Shown: positions 49,586 to 59,734, counted from the stretch's first letter. The stretch is 64,000 nt of DNA from Dehalococcoidia bacterium (GCA_965261385.1 CBDHDB010000001.1:1205418-1269417); one strand, 5' to 3'. Made by a program: numbers and translations. Notes: generated by a model not told the origin, from the sequence alone.

Positions 49586-52318
49586 CTACGGAAGGAGCAG
49601 AGCGTGGTCTAAGGCCCCTGAGGAGCCTTCCTGGGCAGGATTGAGGCCATCGACGAGGCGGCCTTTGGCGGTCTGCCGCATCCGGTTCGCGACGACCTCG
49701 AAGACATCCTCATGCTCCGCGACGTACTCTTCCGCCTCGGAGGGGTTGATGCTCGCCAGGCGCTCGAAGAGCTCGTAGGCCTCCACGCTGGTGAGAGGCG
49801 CGCCCTCCGCGAGGCTGTCGGCGAAGTGAGCCAGCGAGTCATCGGTGAGCGGCGCCGTCCAGCCAAGCAGGTAGCCAAGAGCATGCTCGCTCGTGTGGCG
49901 GTTGGCGAGCCAGGCATCGACGCGGCGGTCGATGAAGTCCTCGTAGATGGGATGAGAGGGATAGGCGAGCAGGTCGGTCTCCAGGCTTTCGTCGAGAACG
50001 AGCCAGAACGCCCGCTCGAAGACATGCGCTTGCGCCTCCGCAAGCCCCCTCGCCTCGTGGGAAGGGAAAGCGCCGCCAGTCGGGTAGTGTATGGCTTGTA
50101 GAGCGTGGCCAAGCTCATGGGCCAAGGTCCCGAGCGCCTCCGAGAACCGGCGCTCCACGTTCACTGCCACCACGATGCGCCCGTGCTCAGTGTCCTGGAG
50201 GCCGACTGCGTCTCGTTTCAGTTCCTCGCGTTCTTCTAAGAGCGGCGCGTGGTTCTCCGGGTCCTCAAAGGCGAATCGGCCTTGGTAAAGGTCGTCGACG
50301 CGATCGAGGAAGTCCTGTTCCGAGAGTAGCTCGATATCGACAGGGATGTCCGCCGTGCTCGCGCCGGTGAGGAGGTAGACCCCGGCGTCCGCGACGCGGG
50401 ACAGGTCCTCGGTCAAGTCGAAACCCGCCTCGCCCAGGACGGGCCGAGAGTCGTCGAGGAGAGCTTCTAGTCCAGCGAGCATCAGGGCGATATCGTCGTC
50501 CGTGTATTGCACGGGCGCGGGCGGCGGGCTGTCGAGCGCAAGCCATTCGACCGTGACGGCGTAGACGTTGTCATCCTCGTCCCACTCCTCGATCTCGTTG
50601 TCGGGATCGATCACCATCTCGAGGAGGTGCGGGCCGGGAGCGAGCGACGCGCACATCTCGCAGCGAGCGCTCGTCACGGCGATGCTGGCGCCGGCGCGTA
50701 CGAAGCGCTCCAGCCGCTCGAAGACCTCGCCGTCGATGCGGAACTCGGTCTGCACTCCCTCGACGTGCAGATCACTCTGCGGCGGGGCCTCGTTGAACAG
50801 CGCGCCTGCAAGGAAGGGCGCGTCGCCAACGGATGGGGCAACGCTCTCCGTGCCGCCGAACGTGTCTGAGACGACCAGCAGAGCATCGTGTCCATCGGGC
50901 CGGTAGAGAGTGAGATTGGGGAGCTGGACGGGGGACGGCGGAGTTGGCGCGGGCTCGGCCTCGGGCGGGGGCAGCCCCGGCAGAGCGCCGGTCCCCCAAG
51001 TGAAGGTCTGCTCATACACGTTGTTCGACTCGTCCGACTCGGCGATGACGTTTCCCGGGTCTAAAGTCAGACGCAGCGTGTGCTCCCCAGGGGCAAGAGC
51101 AAGGACATCGAGCAAGCCGTCCCAGGGCCCGGCCCGGCCGGTTCTTCCACTAAGCAAACCGTCGTCGACAAATGCATCCCACACGACACGCCCATCGACG
51201 GAGACGTGCACGGAGATATCTTGGAGCACCGAGACCGCGCCGGGATTGGCGAGCGAGAACAGCACGAAGCTCGTAACGTCGACGGAGAGGGCGGACGACG
51301 TCGTAGCGCCGGGGTAGGAGGTGACGACGAGAGGGGCCGTCCAGCCGTCCGGCGTAAAAGGGACGAGGTCGGGCAGGCGGCCGGCCGGTTCGTCCGGCGG
51401 GTCGCCGGTGACGAGGACAGCGACTATGTAGGAGTTATCGGTCTCGTCCGACTCGCCGACTTGGTCGAGAGGGTCAATGACGAGCTCGAATTCGTGAGCG
51501 CCAGGGATGAGCAAGACCCGGCTCGCCAGCTCCCCCCAAGCCCACGTTTCACTGAACCAGCCGGACGAAAGCGATGTGCCCCGCCAGCGTTCAACGAGGA
51601 CTCCATCGACCAGGAGATCGACGTAGTGGGGAGTGCTAACGCTTTCTGGACCGGCGTTCTCGTAGGCCCAGCTTATGAATATTGGTTCGGGCTCCAAGCT
51701 GATTTCGTGCCTGCGGCTCGTTTCCAGATTGTTCATGAAGAGGGGAGCAGGCCAACCCAGAGGCGCGTAGGGCGCCAGGTTGCCGCGAACGACCCGCTCG
51801 GGAGGTGGAGTCCTCGTCGGCAAGGGCGATGGGGTGGGACTCGACGATAGCGTCGGAGTCAGCGTGGGCGTGACGGCGAGGTCAGGCGTGGGCGTCGGCG
51901 TGAGCGTAACGGCTGGGCCGGGCGTGGGCGTCGGCGTGAGACTAACGGCTGGATCGGGTGTGGGCGCCGGCGTAAGCGTAGCGGTTAGTTCAGGCGTGGG
52001 AGTCGGCGTGAGCGTAGCGGCTAAGTCAGGCGTGGGAGTGGGCGTAGGGGTGCCGGGGAGGTCGGGCATGGGAGTCGGCGGGGGGGTGGCGGTCAAATCG
52101 GGTGTGAGAGTCGGCGTGGGGGTGAGCGGGGGTGCGTCCTCCGGCGTGACAGTAGGCGTTGGCTCGGGCGTAGAAGCCGGAGTCGGCGCCGTCGTCGGGG
52201 CTTCGGGGGTTGGCAGACCGGGGTCGCTAGGGGTGCTAGTCGGCGTTTGCGTAGGCGGGTCGCAAGCCGCGCCTGCGAAGACGACTAGGAGTACGCAAGT
52301 CAAGAGTCTCCTCAGCAT
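49586..52318 (-). CDS. Large lipoprotein: PT-rich repeat linker, three CARDB-like domains and a C-terminal HExxH zinc-peptidase-like domain
   Basis: AAC lipobox; three PG.H.L....DP....E.DE.(D/N)N repeats; LAHELGHALQ followed by LAEAQA. Confidence 0.75.
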   Translation of the reverse strand: MLRRLLTCVLLVVFAGAACDPPTQTPTSTPSDPGLPTPEAPTTAPTPASTPEPTPTVTPEDAPPLTPTPTLTPDLTATPPPTPMPDLPGTPTPTPTPDLAATLTPTPTPELTATLTPAPTPDPAVSLTPTPTPGPAVTLTPTPTPDLAVTPTLTPTLSSSPTPSPLPTRTPPPERVVRGNLAPYAPLGWPAPLFMNNLETSRRHEISLEPEPIFISWAYENAGPESVSTPHYVDLLVDGVLVERWRGTSLSSGWFSETWAWGELASRVLLIPGAHEFELVIDPLDQVGESDETDNSYIVAVLVTGDPPDEPAGRLPDLVPFTPDGWTAPLVVTSYPGATTSSALSVDVTSFVLFSLANPGAVSVLQDISVHVSVDGRVVWDAFVDDGLLSGRTGRAGPWDGLLDVLALAPGEHTLRLTLDPGNVIAESDESNNVYEQTFTWGTGALPGLPPPEAEPAPTPPSPVQLPNLTLYRPDGHDALLVVSDTFGGTESVAPSVGDAPFLAGALFNEAPPQSDLHVEGVQTEFRIDGEVFERLERFVRAGASIAVTSARCEMCASLAPGPHLLEMVIDPDNEIEEWDEDDNVYAVTVEWLALDSPPPAPVQYTDDDIALMLAGLEALLDDSRPVLGEAGFDLTEDLSRVADAGVYLLTGASTADIPVDIELLSEQDFLDRVDDLYQGRFAFEDPENHAPLLEEREELKRDAVGLQDTEHGRIVVAVNVERRFSEALGTLAHELGHALQAIHYPTGGAFPSHEARGLAEAQAHVFERAFWLVLDESLETDLLAYPSHPIYEDFIDRRVDAWLANRHTSEHALGYLLGWTAPLTDDSLAHFADSLAEGAPLTSVEAYELFERLASINPSEAEEYVAEHEDVFEVVANRMRQTAKGRLVDGLNPAQEGSSGALDHALLLP
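51866..52050 (-). repeat. 36-bp coding tandem repeats (TPTPTPDLAATL-like)
   Basis: About five 12-aa units in the linker; coordinates approximate. Confidence 0.7.
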
Positions 52319-52475
52319 GGGAGAGTAGTCTACGCTAGGCGGTGTGTTGGACTGCTGAGGCTTATGGAGTGGGGTGTTGGTCTAACGAGCCTAGCAAGGG
52401 CCACTTGCGGTTGGGCGCGAGGGCCGGTTCTGGGCGGAAACCGCCCAGAACCCTAGCCTCTCATCTCGATTCCTA

Positions 52476-53759
52476 CTACGTCGCCCCAAGCAAGCGGCTG
52501 AACACCTCGTGTTCTTCCTCGCTCAACCCGGCTACTACACCGAGCAGGTCATTGATTACATCGGGGGCGATGTACCCCCAAGCACTCTGGTCGTAACCTG
52601 CGATGCCCGCGTGCTCTATGAAGTCTGCGTCTTCCGCCGCCGCCCTGATGGCCTCTCTCCACGTTTGCACTATCTCGTCAGGAGTTCCCGGCGGGAGGAT
52701 ATATCCCCTCGATGCGCCGATGATTTCGTACGCCGCATCGAATGCATTCTGGAAGCCTTGTGACGCGTCCGTAACTTCGTAGATATGGGGAATCTCGCTC
52801 CAGTCTTTGTCGTACCCCATCTCTTTGAGGAATTCGACCTCTTCTGGAGTCGCCGGGTCGCCCCAGCGGAACAGCGGCACGAACTGCTGCGTTTCTATCC
52901 ATTCGGGGAATAGTTGTCTGACGTTTCTCGGCGAGACGCGGCCGGTGGCGTCAAGCTCGCCACGGTCCATCGCCGCCATGATGTCGCTGCTCCCATCGTA
53001 CCCGTAAACGATTCGCACCGGCCCATCGAGCATCTGCACAAACTCGGCGCCCTGCTCAGCCGACTGGCCGGGTGAAACGCTGCCTATGTTGATCGTCTTG
53101 CCCTGTGCGAGCAGATCGTCCCAAGACTCAGCTATCTCGCGGCGCACCCACACGTCGCCCATGGATCCAGTCCCTGACAGCGCCCCAAGGTAGACCAGCG
53201 AGTCTAGCTCGAAATCAGGGATGTCCACCCCAGCCAGCTCACGGGCGATGAAGTTGGGATGCAGCGTGGCCATTGTGAACCCGTCGGGATCGGCCTTCAT
53301 CGTGTACCGGATCCCCCGCTCGCCTCCGCCTCCAACGAGGTTCCGCACAAAGAATCGCGGTTCACCCGGTATGTATCTGGGTAGGTAGATCGCGAGCATC
53401 CTGGAGAACGTGTCATAGCCGCCTCCAGGCGAGTAAGGAACGATGATTTCGATGGTCTTGCTGCTGAAGTACTCTTCCGCATCAAACGCCGTTTCATCGG
53501 CGGGAGGAGGCTCCGTCGGCTGCGGGGCTGCCGTCGCAGTTGGCGTCGGCGGTATCGGGGTTGGCTCGCCAGGCGCCAGCGTAGGAGTTGGCGTTGCGGG
53601 CACAGAGGTAGGCGTCGGTATAGAGGACGCCGGCGTGAGAGTGGGAGTCGCTGTTGGCTCGGGCGAATCCGAACCGCAGCCCACACCAATCATGACTCCC
53701 AGCGCTGCTATCACGACCGCCGCCAGACAAAGTCTACGTCTGCCTAACCTTTGACCCAT
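52476..53759 (-). CDS. Bug/TctC-family (tripartite tricarboxylate transporter) substrate-binding lipoprotein
   Basis: IIVPYSPGGGYD, NLVGGGG, ADPDGFT, GYDGS, LPPGTP. Confidence 0.85.
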   Translation of the reverse strand: MGQRLGRRRLCLAAVVIAALGVMIGVGCGSDSPEPTATPTLTPASSIPTPTSVPATPTPTLAPGEPTPIPPTPTATAAPQPTEPPPADETAFDAEEYFSSKTIEIIVPYSPGGGYDTFSRMLAIYLPRYIPGEPRFFVRNLVGGGGERGIRYTMKADPDGFTMATLHPNFIARELAGVDIPDFELDSLVYLGALSGTGSMGDVWVRREIAESWDDLLAQGKTINIGSVSPGQSAEQGAEFVQMLDGPVRIVYGYDGSSDIMAAMDRGELDATGRVSPRNVRQLFPEWIETQQFVPLFRWGDPATPEEVEFLKEMGYDKDWSEIPHIYEVTDASQGFQNAFDAAYEIIGASRGYILPPGTPDEIVQTWREAIRAAAEDADFIEHAGIAGYDQSAWGYIAPDVINDLLGVVAGLSEEEHEVFSRLLGAT

Positions 53760-53963
53760 GAGACCTTCTCCTGGTTGCCCGTCTTGAGCCCGTGCCCATA
53801 TCGACGGCCAATTGATTGTTCGCTCTTCTTATGCAGGGTGCAGCAGAAGCTGCCTGAGCCTCTGTCGTTCTCATGGAGGTGGCCATCGACGTCGATGGTC
53901 ACCTCCATGTTCCTACTCATCTGCCGCAGCCAGGCTAGGGGCCGCTGCTCTGTGATGCGTTAG

Positions 53964-55244
53964 CTATGGCGCATCAACGCCCATCAGCCGGTAGTAAATA
54001 GGCAGGAGTTCCGGCTGCTCTTCCAGTGCTCGCTTCCCGTTGGCGAAGACGGCGGTGAGCTCCTCTGGCGAGCAATAGAAGGGCTCGTACCCCGCGATGT
54101 TCGCGGCTTCGTGGTATCCGTCGTCGTGCGCGGTCTGTCGAAGGACCTCCCGCCACACTTCAACAATCTCCGACGGCGTTCCGGGCGGCAGAATCCAGGT
54201 GCGCCCGAACTGGCTGTTCAGCGACAGGACTGTTTCGAGGATCAATCGCTGTCCTTCCGTCGATTCAACCACCTCGTACACGTGCGGCGGTACGGGCGCG
54301 TCGAGCTGTTCGATCCAGTCGATGTACTGTGGATCGCCCTCGGGCTCCACCCCCCACCTCAGGATCGGAATGTGATACTTGTTCGTAACCCACTCGGGGT
54401 ATAGCCGCGGAACGCTGGAGTACGAGCCGCGGGTGGTGGCGCTGATCTCGCCGCGGTCGAATGCGGCCATAATCTCGGATGAGCCGCCGTACCCGGTGAT
54501 GTTCTGGATGGGCGCTCCCAGCATCTCCATCCAGCGCGGCACCGTGCCGCCGCCCTCGTCCGGTTGGGTCATCCCATTGACGAGCGTGATCCCGCTAGCC
54601 AGGACCTCGTCCCAAGAGGTTGCGATGCTCCGAGGCGTGTACAGGGAGCCTGTCGATGTTGGCAGCGCGCAGTCCACACCGCCGATGATCGGCGCCTGGG
54701 AGAAGTCGAATCCCAGGTCCTCGCCGCGCAATGCAGCGTGGGGAATGGACGAGTGGATGGAGTGCGTGGTCAGGCCGTCCGGGTCTGCCTTAACTGTGTA
54801 GGCGAGAGCTCTGCGGCTCCCGCCGCCCGGCAGGTTCTTCACAACGAACCTCGGGCTCCCCGGGAAGTACTGCCGCGCGAACTTGGCCACGAGCCGCGAG
54901 AAGGTGTCGTACCCGCCTCCCGGAGCGAAACCGACGACAATTTCGATTGTTCTCCCCGAGAAATATTCCTCAGCATCGAACTCGGACTCCGGCGTCGCGG
55001 TAGGCGGCACAGGAGTCGGCGTTGCAGGGGCAGGAGTGGGCGTCGCCTGCCCGGGAGCCGTCGGGGGCGTCGGCGTTGCGGGCGCGGGAGTTGGCGTCGG
55101 CTCGCCGGGCGCCGATGTAGGGGTGGCCGTGGCGGCCGGAGCCGAGGTTGGCGTGGGGTCGCCCCCACACGCTGCGAGCGCCAGCGACATCACGAGAACC
55201 AAGACCAGCACAGGCGCGAATCTGGTCAACACACGGTCTACCAT
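53964..55244 (-). CDS. Bug/TctC-family substrate-binding lipoprotein
   Basis: IVVGFAPGGGYD, NLPGGG, ADPDGLT, LPPGTP; LAAC lipobox; tandem paralogue of 52476. Confidence 0.85.
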   Translation of the reverse strand: MVDRVLTRFAPVLVLVLVMSLALAACGGDPTPTSAPAATATPTSAPGEPTPTPAPATPTPPTAPGQATPTPAPATPTPVPPTATPESEFDAEEYFSGRTIEIVVGFAPGGGYDTFSRLVAKFARQYFPGSPRFVVKNLPGGGSRRALAYTVKADPDGLTTHSIHSSIPHAALRGEDLGFDFSQAPIIGGVDCALPTSTGSLYTPRSIATSWDEVLASGITLVNGMTQPDEGGGTVPRWMEMLGAPIQNITGYGGSSEIMAAFDRGEISATTRGSYSSVPRLYPEWVTNKYHIPILRWGVEPEGDPQYIDWIEQLDAPVPPHVYEVVESTEGQRLILETVLSLNSQFGRTWILPPGTPSEIVEVWREVLRQTAHDDGYHEAANIAGYEPFYCSPEELTAVFANGKRALEEQPELLPIYYRLMGVDAP

Positions 55245-55352
55245 CGATTCCTCCTTAGTCCCCGGCGACCTAGGCAGCAGCGCAGGGCTTGGACAACGGT
55301 CAAGGAGATTCTCTCTCCTAAATAACTACGCAACAGGACCGCATCGGGTTTT

Positions 55353-55667
55353 CTAGTTGCCGCCCCGAACATAGAACCAGCGGCGGACGCCGTCCCAGTA
55401 CAGCTCAGGGTCGGCGAAGATCACCTGGCCGTTATCCGCGCGGCTCAACACCTGAGCCCCCCATGCGTCGGGGTCGCCCTCGTCTCCGTCAACGGCGCGC
55501 CACTCGGACCACTGCCGCCACCGCTCCAGGTGCCCGGTCACGTCCAGGTAGTCCTTGAGGAGCTCGGCGTTGGGTATGGCAGCCTCGGCGACGCTCATTC
55601 CATCGGCGTCGACCATCAATATCGAGTCGGCTCCTCCGCGGACTCGCCATTCTACGGTTAGCGCCAT
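55353..55667 (-). CDS. Hypothetical 104-aa protein in the dioxygenase operon
   Basis: AGGAGG RBS; Trp/acidic-rich, protein-like. Confidence 0.7.
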   Translation of the reverse strand: MALTVEWRVRGGADSILMVDADGMSVAEAAIPNAELLKDYLDVTGHLERWRQWSEWRAVDGDEGDPDAWGAQVLSRADNGQVIFADPELYWDGVRRWFYVRGGN

Positions 55668-55692
55668 TGGCCCTCCTGATTAGCCGGACGGT

Positions 55693-56235
55693 CTAGAAAA
55701 AGAACGTGACGACCTTTGCCAGCAGGACGTTCTGGTCGAGAAGAATCGAGCGCTTCGCCACTTTCCAACCCGTGTCCGGGTCGCGGCGCAGGACATGGTC
55801 CCGGCGGCCGACGAACAGGTTCACCTCTTCGATAAGCCGGTTGTGCCACACGAAGAAGTTGTCGGATACGCTCACTTCGTCGCCCTGAACGTCGGTGACG
55901 CGGATGTTGGAGATGATGTGGCGTATGCGGGAGACCGGCTCCTCCGCCCAGTGGACGCCGGTCATCAGTTGCCGCACTCGCCCTTCCAGAACGTCTTTCC
56001 CTTCGTCGAACCACGAAATCTCGGAGGCCGGGTCCGAGTTCTCGCGGTCCCATTGGCCGAACTTCACGTTCTTACGAATCGGCATGAAGTAGTGGATGTC
56101 CTCGGCCATCAGGTCGATCCACTCTTCGTAGCGCCGTTCGTCCAACAGAGCGGCCTCGTGATAGATGAACTGCTCGATTTCGTCCTTGAGGACGAGGCGC
56201 TCTATAACTTGAGGCGAAATTGTGTTCGTGGTCAA
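55693..56235 (-). CDS. Aromatic ring-hydroxylating dioxygenase beta subunit
   Basis: EQFIYHEAALLDERRYEEW, WAEEP.SR..H, R.I.LDQNVL. Confidence 0.92.
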   Translation of the reverse strand: MTTNTISPQVIERLVLKDEIEQFIYHEAALLDERRYEEWIDLMAEDIHYFMPIRKNVKFGQWDRENSDPASEISWFDEGKDVLEGRVRQLMTGVHWAEEPVSRIRHIISNIRVTDVQGDEVSVSDNFFVWHNRLIEEVNLFVGRRDHVLRRDPDTGWKVAKRSILLDQNVLLAKVVTFFF

Positions 56236-56310
56236 GGTTAAGGCTCCTGGGGGTGTGTCAGCTCTCGTGCCCCTATCTCAGGGCAGATAGAGAAGAGGCA
56301 AGGCACGACC

Positions 56311-56556
56311 TCACATCTCTTCAGCGAAGTCCGCCACGTCGGTGAAGAACGTCCATTCCTCCTCGCCAACCGCGGGGTCCCCTGTGGCGGACTCGATGTA
56401 GCGGACGTTCACCCATCCGCCGTCTCCCGGGTTGCCGACGATCTCCACGATGGAGCCGTCCTTCAGCGAGAGCTTGACGCCAACCGGCACTTCACGAAGC
56501 AGCGGCCCCCCAGCCGGGGTCCGGAACCTGCTGCTGTTGCCCTTGTCTGTCGCCAT
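56311..56556 (-). CDS. Hypothetical 81-aa protein between the dioxygenase alpha and beta genes
   Basis: GGAG RBS; beta-rich, no Cys. Confidence 0.7.
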   Translation of the reverse strand: MATDKGNSSRFRTPAGGPLLREVPVGVKLSLKDGSIVEIVGNPGDGGWVNVRYIESATGDPAVGEEEWTFFTDVADFAEEM

Positions 56557-56589
56557 TGTTCGTTACTCCGTTGTCCTATGCCTGTCCCG

Positions 56590-57963
56590 CTAATGCTTCA
56601 CCGGGAAGATCTCGTCCCACGACCCAGCCTCCATGAACTCCAGCCACCGGCGGAGCCGGTTGCGCTGGTTCTCTTCCGCGTAAGTCGTGCCGAGGACGAC
56701 GAACCCCGGGACGCGGTCGTCCGGTTGGGCTAGGCCCAAGCCCTGCACGAAGGGGTAGTCGAGCTTCTGGGCCGTGGTTCCCTTGCTCGCGGGGTAGGCG
56801 TAGTTCCAGTTCTCCATATCGTCGGACTCAGTGCAGCCCATGGGGCCGCAGTACCGCATGGCGTAGTGACGCTTCCCGTCCTTCACTTCCTGCGGAGCGT
56901 CCCTGTCAACCTGGAAGATGCGCCAGCTTTCCGTCATACCGGGGGCAATCGGGTGCCAGTGGAGAATGCGCCACGAGTCAACCGTCACGTTGGGGAAGAC
57001 GTTGAAGTGCCCGCCTCCCTGTCCGCCCGGCGGCAGGAACTGGCCTTCGTACTTGGCTGCCTTCTTGTCCCTGGCCTGCTGGTAGTACTCGTCCGCACCT
57101 GGCACGCGGTCCCAGGTGTTCCGGTAAGGGGGAACGCCGGCCTCGTGGTAGATGGTCATGTGCCCGCCGTGACCGTACTCCCTGCTCACCATCTCGTGAT
57201 TCGAGCGGGGGAACGCCGCTCGAAGCAGGCCCCTGTTGCCACCGTCTCTCGCGCCCTGAGGGCCGATTGCCGCCGCGTTGACCGAGAGGTGCGTCATCGC
57301 CCCGTGCGTGCCGTCGCCTGCGAAGCTGAAGGCGGGGAACTTCCAGTTGGTGGGAATCCGCCACCGCATGATCGGCATGAACACCTCGACGCCGTTGTCC
57401 TCGCCGGCCGAGCTCTGGAAGCAGTGGCGGACGCTGGGCGCGATAGGACCAAGGTACTCCTCGAACGGCGGGGCCTTCGCGTCCCACGTGGCCCAGATCG
57501 ACCCGTAGTAGTTGCACACCTGCGCGACCTCGTGGAGCGGCCACTGGCTCTTGTCGAAGTCGGGCCCATACGCCGCCTTGCCGTGCCCCATGCCGACCAG
57601 CCGCCCGTCCGTGTCGTACGTCCAAGCGTGGAACGGACAGGTGAAGACGAGTGCGTTGCCCTGGTCGTACCGGCACACCTTCATCCCCCGGTGGCGGCAC
57701 GTGTTGAGGAACACGTGAATCGTGCCCGTCTGCCCTCGGACGAGGATGACTTCCTCTTCGCCCATGCGGGACGCGGCAAAGTCGCCAGGGTTGGGCACCA
57801 TGCTTTCGTGGCCGATGAACAGCCACGCGCGCTGGAAGATCTGCTCCATCTCCTGTCGGTAGATGTCATCGTTTACATAGACCTCGCGGTTAATCATCCC
57901 GCGCTCCACGTCCACGAGCGATCGTAAAGACCTGTCTCCCCGATTCGAGATTACACTCGTCAT
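56590..57963 (-). CDS. Aromatic ring-hydroxylating dioxygenase alpha subunit
   Basis: NTCRHRG...CPFHAW Rieske motif; NWK...DGTHGAMTH; ESDDMENW. Confidence 0.93.
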   Translation of the reverse strand: MTSVISNRGDRSLRSLVDVERGMINREVYVNDDIYRQEMEQIFQRAWLFIGHESMVPNPGDFAASRMGEEEVILVRGQTGTIHVFLNTCRHRGMKVCRYDQGNALVFTCPFHAWTYDTDGRLVGMGHGKAAYGPDFDKSQWPLHEVAQVCNYYGSIWATWDAKAPPFEEYLGPIAPSVRHCFQSSAGEDNGVEVFMPIMRWRIPTNWKFPAFSFAGDGTHGAMTHLSVNAAAIGPQGARDGGNRGLLRAAFPRSNHEMVSREYGHGGHMTIYHEAGVPPYRNTWDRVPGADEYYQQARDKKAAKYEGQFLPPGGQGGGHFNVFPNVTVDSWRILHWHPIAPGMTESWRIFQVDRDAPQEVKDGKRHYAMRYCGPMGCTESDDMENWNYAYPASKGTTAQKLDYPFVQGLGLAQPDDRVPGFVVLGTTYAEENQRNRLRRWLEFMEAGSWDEIFPVKH

Positions 57964-58190
57964 TTCTTGCTCCTTACCGTAGCGACTTGTTAGCTCAAAT
58001 GCCGTCGGCTTTATCGGAACTGGCAGGGACTTAGTTTGTGCAAACTTACGTAACGCTAAACGTGATTTATATCAGTACAGGTTTCACTCCGGAGCATTCT
58101 ACTTCAGAGCCGACTGTACTTTTGAGCGCGACTGTACCACCAGGCCCGTTGGCAGTCAATCGACGCGGACCGGCTACCGAGACGCCTGCG

Positions 58191-59498
58191 TCAGGCGTCC
58201 GCGCTCCCCGAGCGGGCCTCCTCGCGCGCTCGCCGCTTGCGTTCGGCGCGCTCCACCTCCTCAGGGGGGTGGACGTTCCTAAACGCAAGGTACAGACCGA
58301 TGAGGTAAACGGTCTTGAACGCGCCCGCGGCGACGAACGGCGCGCTTGCGGAGACGCTCTGCCACAGAAACGTCGCGATGGAAGGCGTGGCTGCGCCTAC
58401 CGCCGCTTGGCTAACATTGGTGACGCTCGCCATGGCCACTCGCTCGTCCCTGTTCACGATCGCCATGGTGTAGGACTGCCGGGGTGGCCCGTCCATCTGC
58501 GAGAAGAAGGCGCGCAAGAGCCAGAAGAGCACCGCCAACCCACTCGTCGGCGCGAACGGGATTGCGACCGTGAAAATCACCGCAGGGATGTGGGTGAAGA
58601 TAACTGTATTCAGAAGCCCTATCCAGTTCGCCAACCGCGCCGCGATCCAGAGAGAGACCATGTTGAGCACGTTCGATCCCGCCAGCAGGTAGCTGACCTC
58701 CTCGAGCTCGAACCCATACTCCACCCGAAACCAGACTGCCACGAGGCTGAAGAAAACGAATCGCGTCGCGAAGTTGTCGACCGAGAAGATAGCGGCTAGC
58801 GAGAAGATCGTCTTCCGGGACTCCAGCTTGAGCGGGTTCCGCCACCGCCCTCCGGCGATGCCGGAGTCGATCACCGGCGAGAGGAAGCCGTACATGGCTG
58901 CGGAAGCCAGCATGAGGACGGCGTACCCGACGAACATCAGCTTGAACGCCGTGAGCTCGCCGACGCCAAGGACCACGACCATCACGGCGGGCAGAGCTGC
59001 CCCAAGGGTGCCCGACAGCCGGGCGGCTCTCTCGCCGATTCCAGCGAGAGCGAACAGGTCGGTCCGGTGCTCGGCAGTGGTCGTGTCGGGAAGCGTCGCC
59101 TGCTCTAGGGGCTGCATCGGCCCCCGTGGACCGCTCCCGGAGATGGCCAAGCTCCCCACGAAGAAGGAAACGAACGCCAACAGGGTGTATCGCTCCGTGA
59201 AGGCGTAGCCCAGACCGGCCAAGGCCATCATCACGGAGAAGCCGATGAGCAAGCGCCGCTTACCGATGGTGTCGCCGATGAAGACGATCAGCGTGGCGAA
59301 CAGTGTGCTGCCGATGGAGCCGATGGTGACCAGCAACCCCATCTGCACGAAGCTGTAGCCAAGCTCGATGAGGTAGATCCCGAAGAAGACCGCAATCAGC
59401 GACTGCCCAAAGGTCCTCAGAAATCGAGCAGTTACGATGAGCCAGGCATCTCTGGTGACCCAGCCGAGCGGACGGGATGAAACGGCCAACGCATCCAC
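58191..59498 (-). CDS. MFS transporter
   Basis: About 12 TM segments; GDTIGKRR motif A; QMDGPPRQSY. Confidence 0.88.
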   Translation of the reverse strand: MDALAVSSRPLGWVTRDAWLIVTARFLRTFGQSLIAVFFGIYLIELGYSFVQMGLLVTIGSIGSTLFATLIVFIGDTIGKRRLLIGFSVMMALAGLGYAFTERYTLLAFVSFFVGSLAISGSGPRGPMQPLEQATLPDTTTAEHRTDLFALAGIGERAARLSGTLGAALPAVMVVVLGVGELTAFKLMFVGYAVLMLASAAMYGFLSPVIDSGIAGGRWRNPLKLESRKTIFSLAAIFSVDNFATRFVFFSLVAVWFRVEYGFELEEVSYLLAGSNVLNMVSLWIAARLANWIGLLNTVIFTHIPAVIFTVAIPFAPTSGLAVLFWLLRAFFSQMDGPPRQSYTMAIVNRDERVAMASVTNVSQAAVGAATPSIATFLWQSVSASAPFVAAGAFKTVYLIGLYLAFRNVHPPEEVERAERKRRAREEARSGSADA

Positions 59499-59734
59499 CT
59501 TAGGGGCTGAGTCGGGGCCGGACGTACAAGCAGTCGTCGCGACAGCGACGCCGCATCCGCGGCTAGTCTAGCACCGGGAAGGCGATGGGCCAGATGCCAA
59601 CGGACAACAAGCGTGCAGCCTACACGACATTCTGGGCGGGGATAGGGGAGATAGGAAGGAGGTGAGACAACTTGCGCGCCGGCGAGAGGGAGACTGCGTC
59701 CACCCTCGGCGCGTTCGTGAGACGCGGGCGGGAG

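Noticed and set aside
57964-58190. AT-richer region upstream of the dioxygenase with GTACAG/CTGTAC motifs
   Set aside because: Probably a promoter/operator region, but I could not define a specific site.
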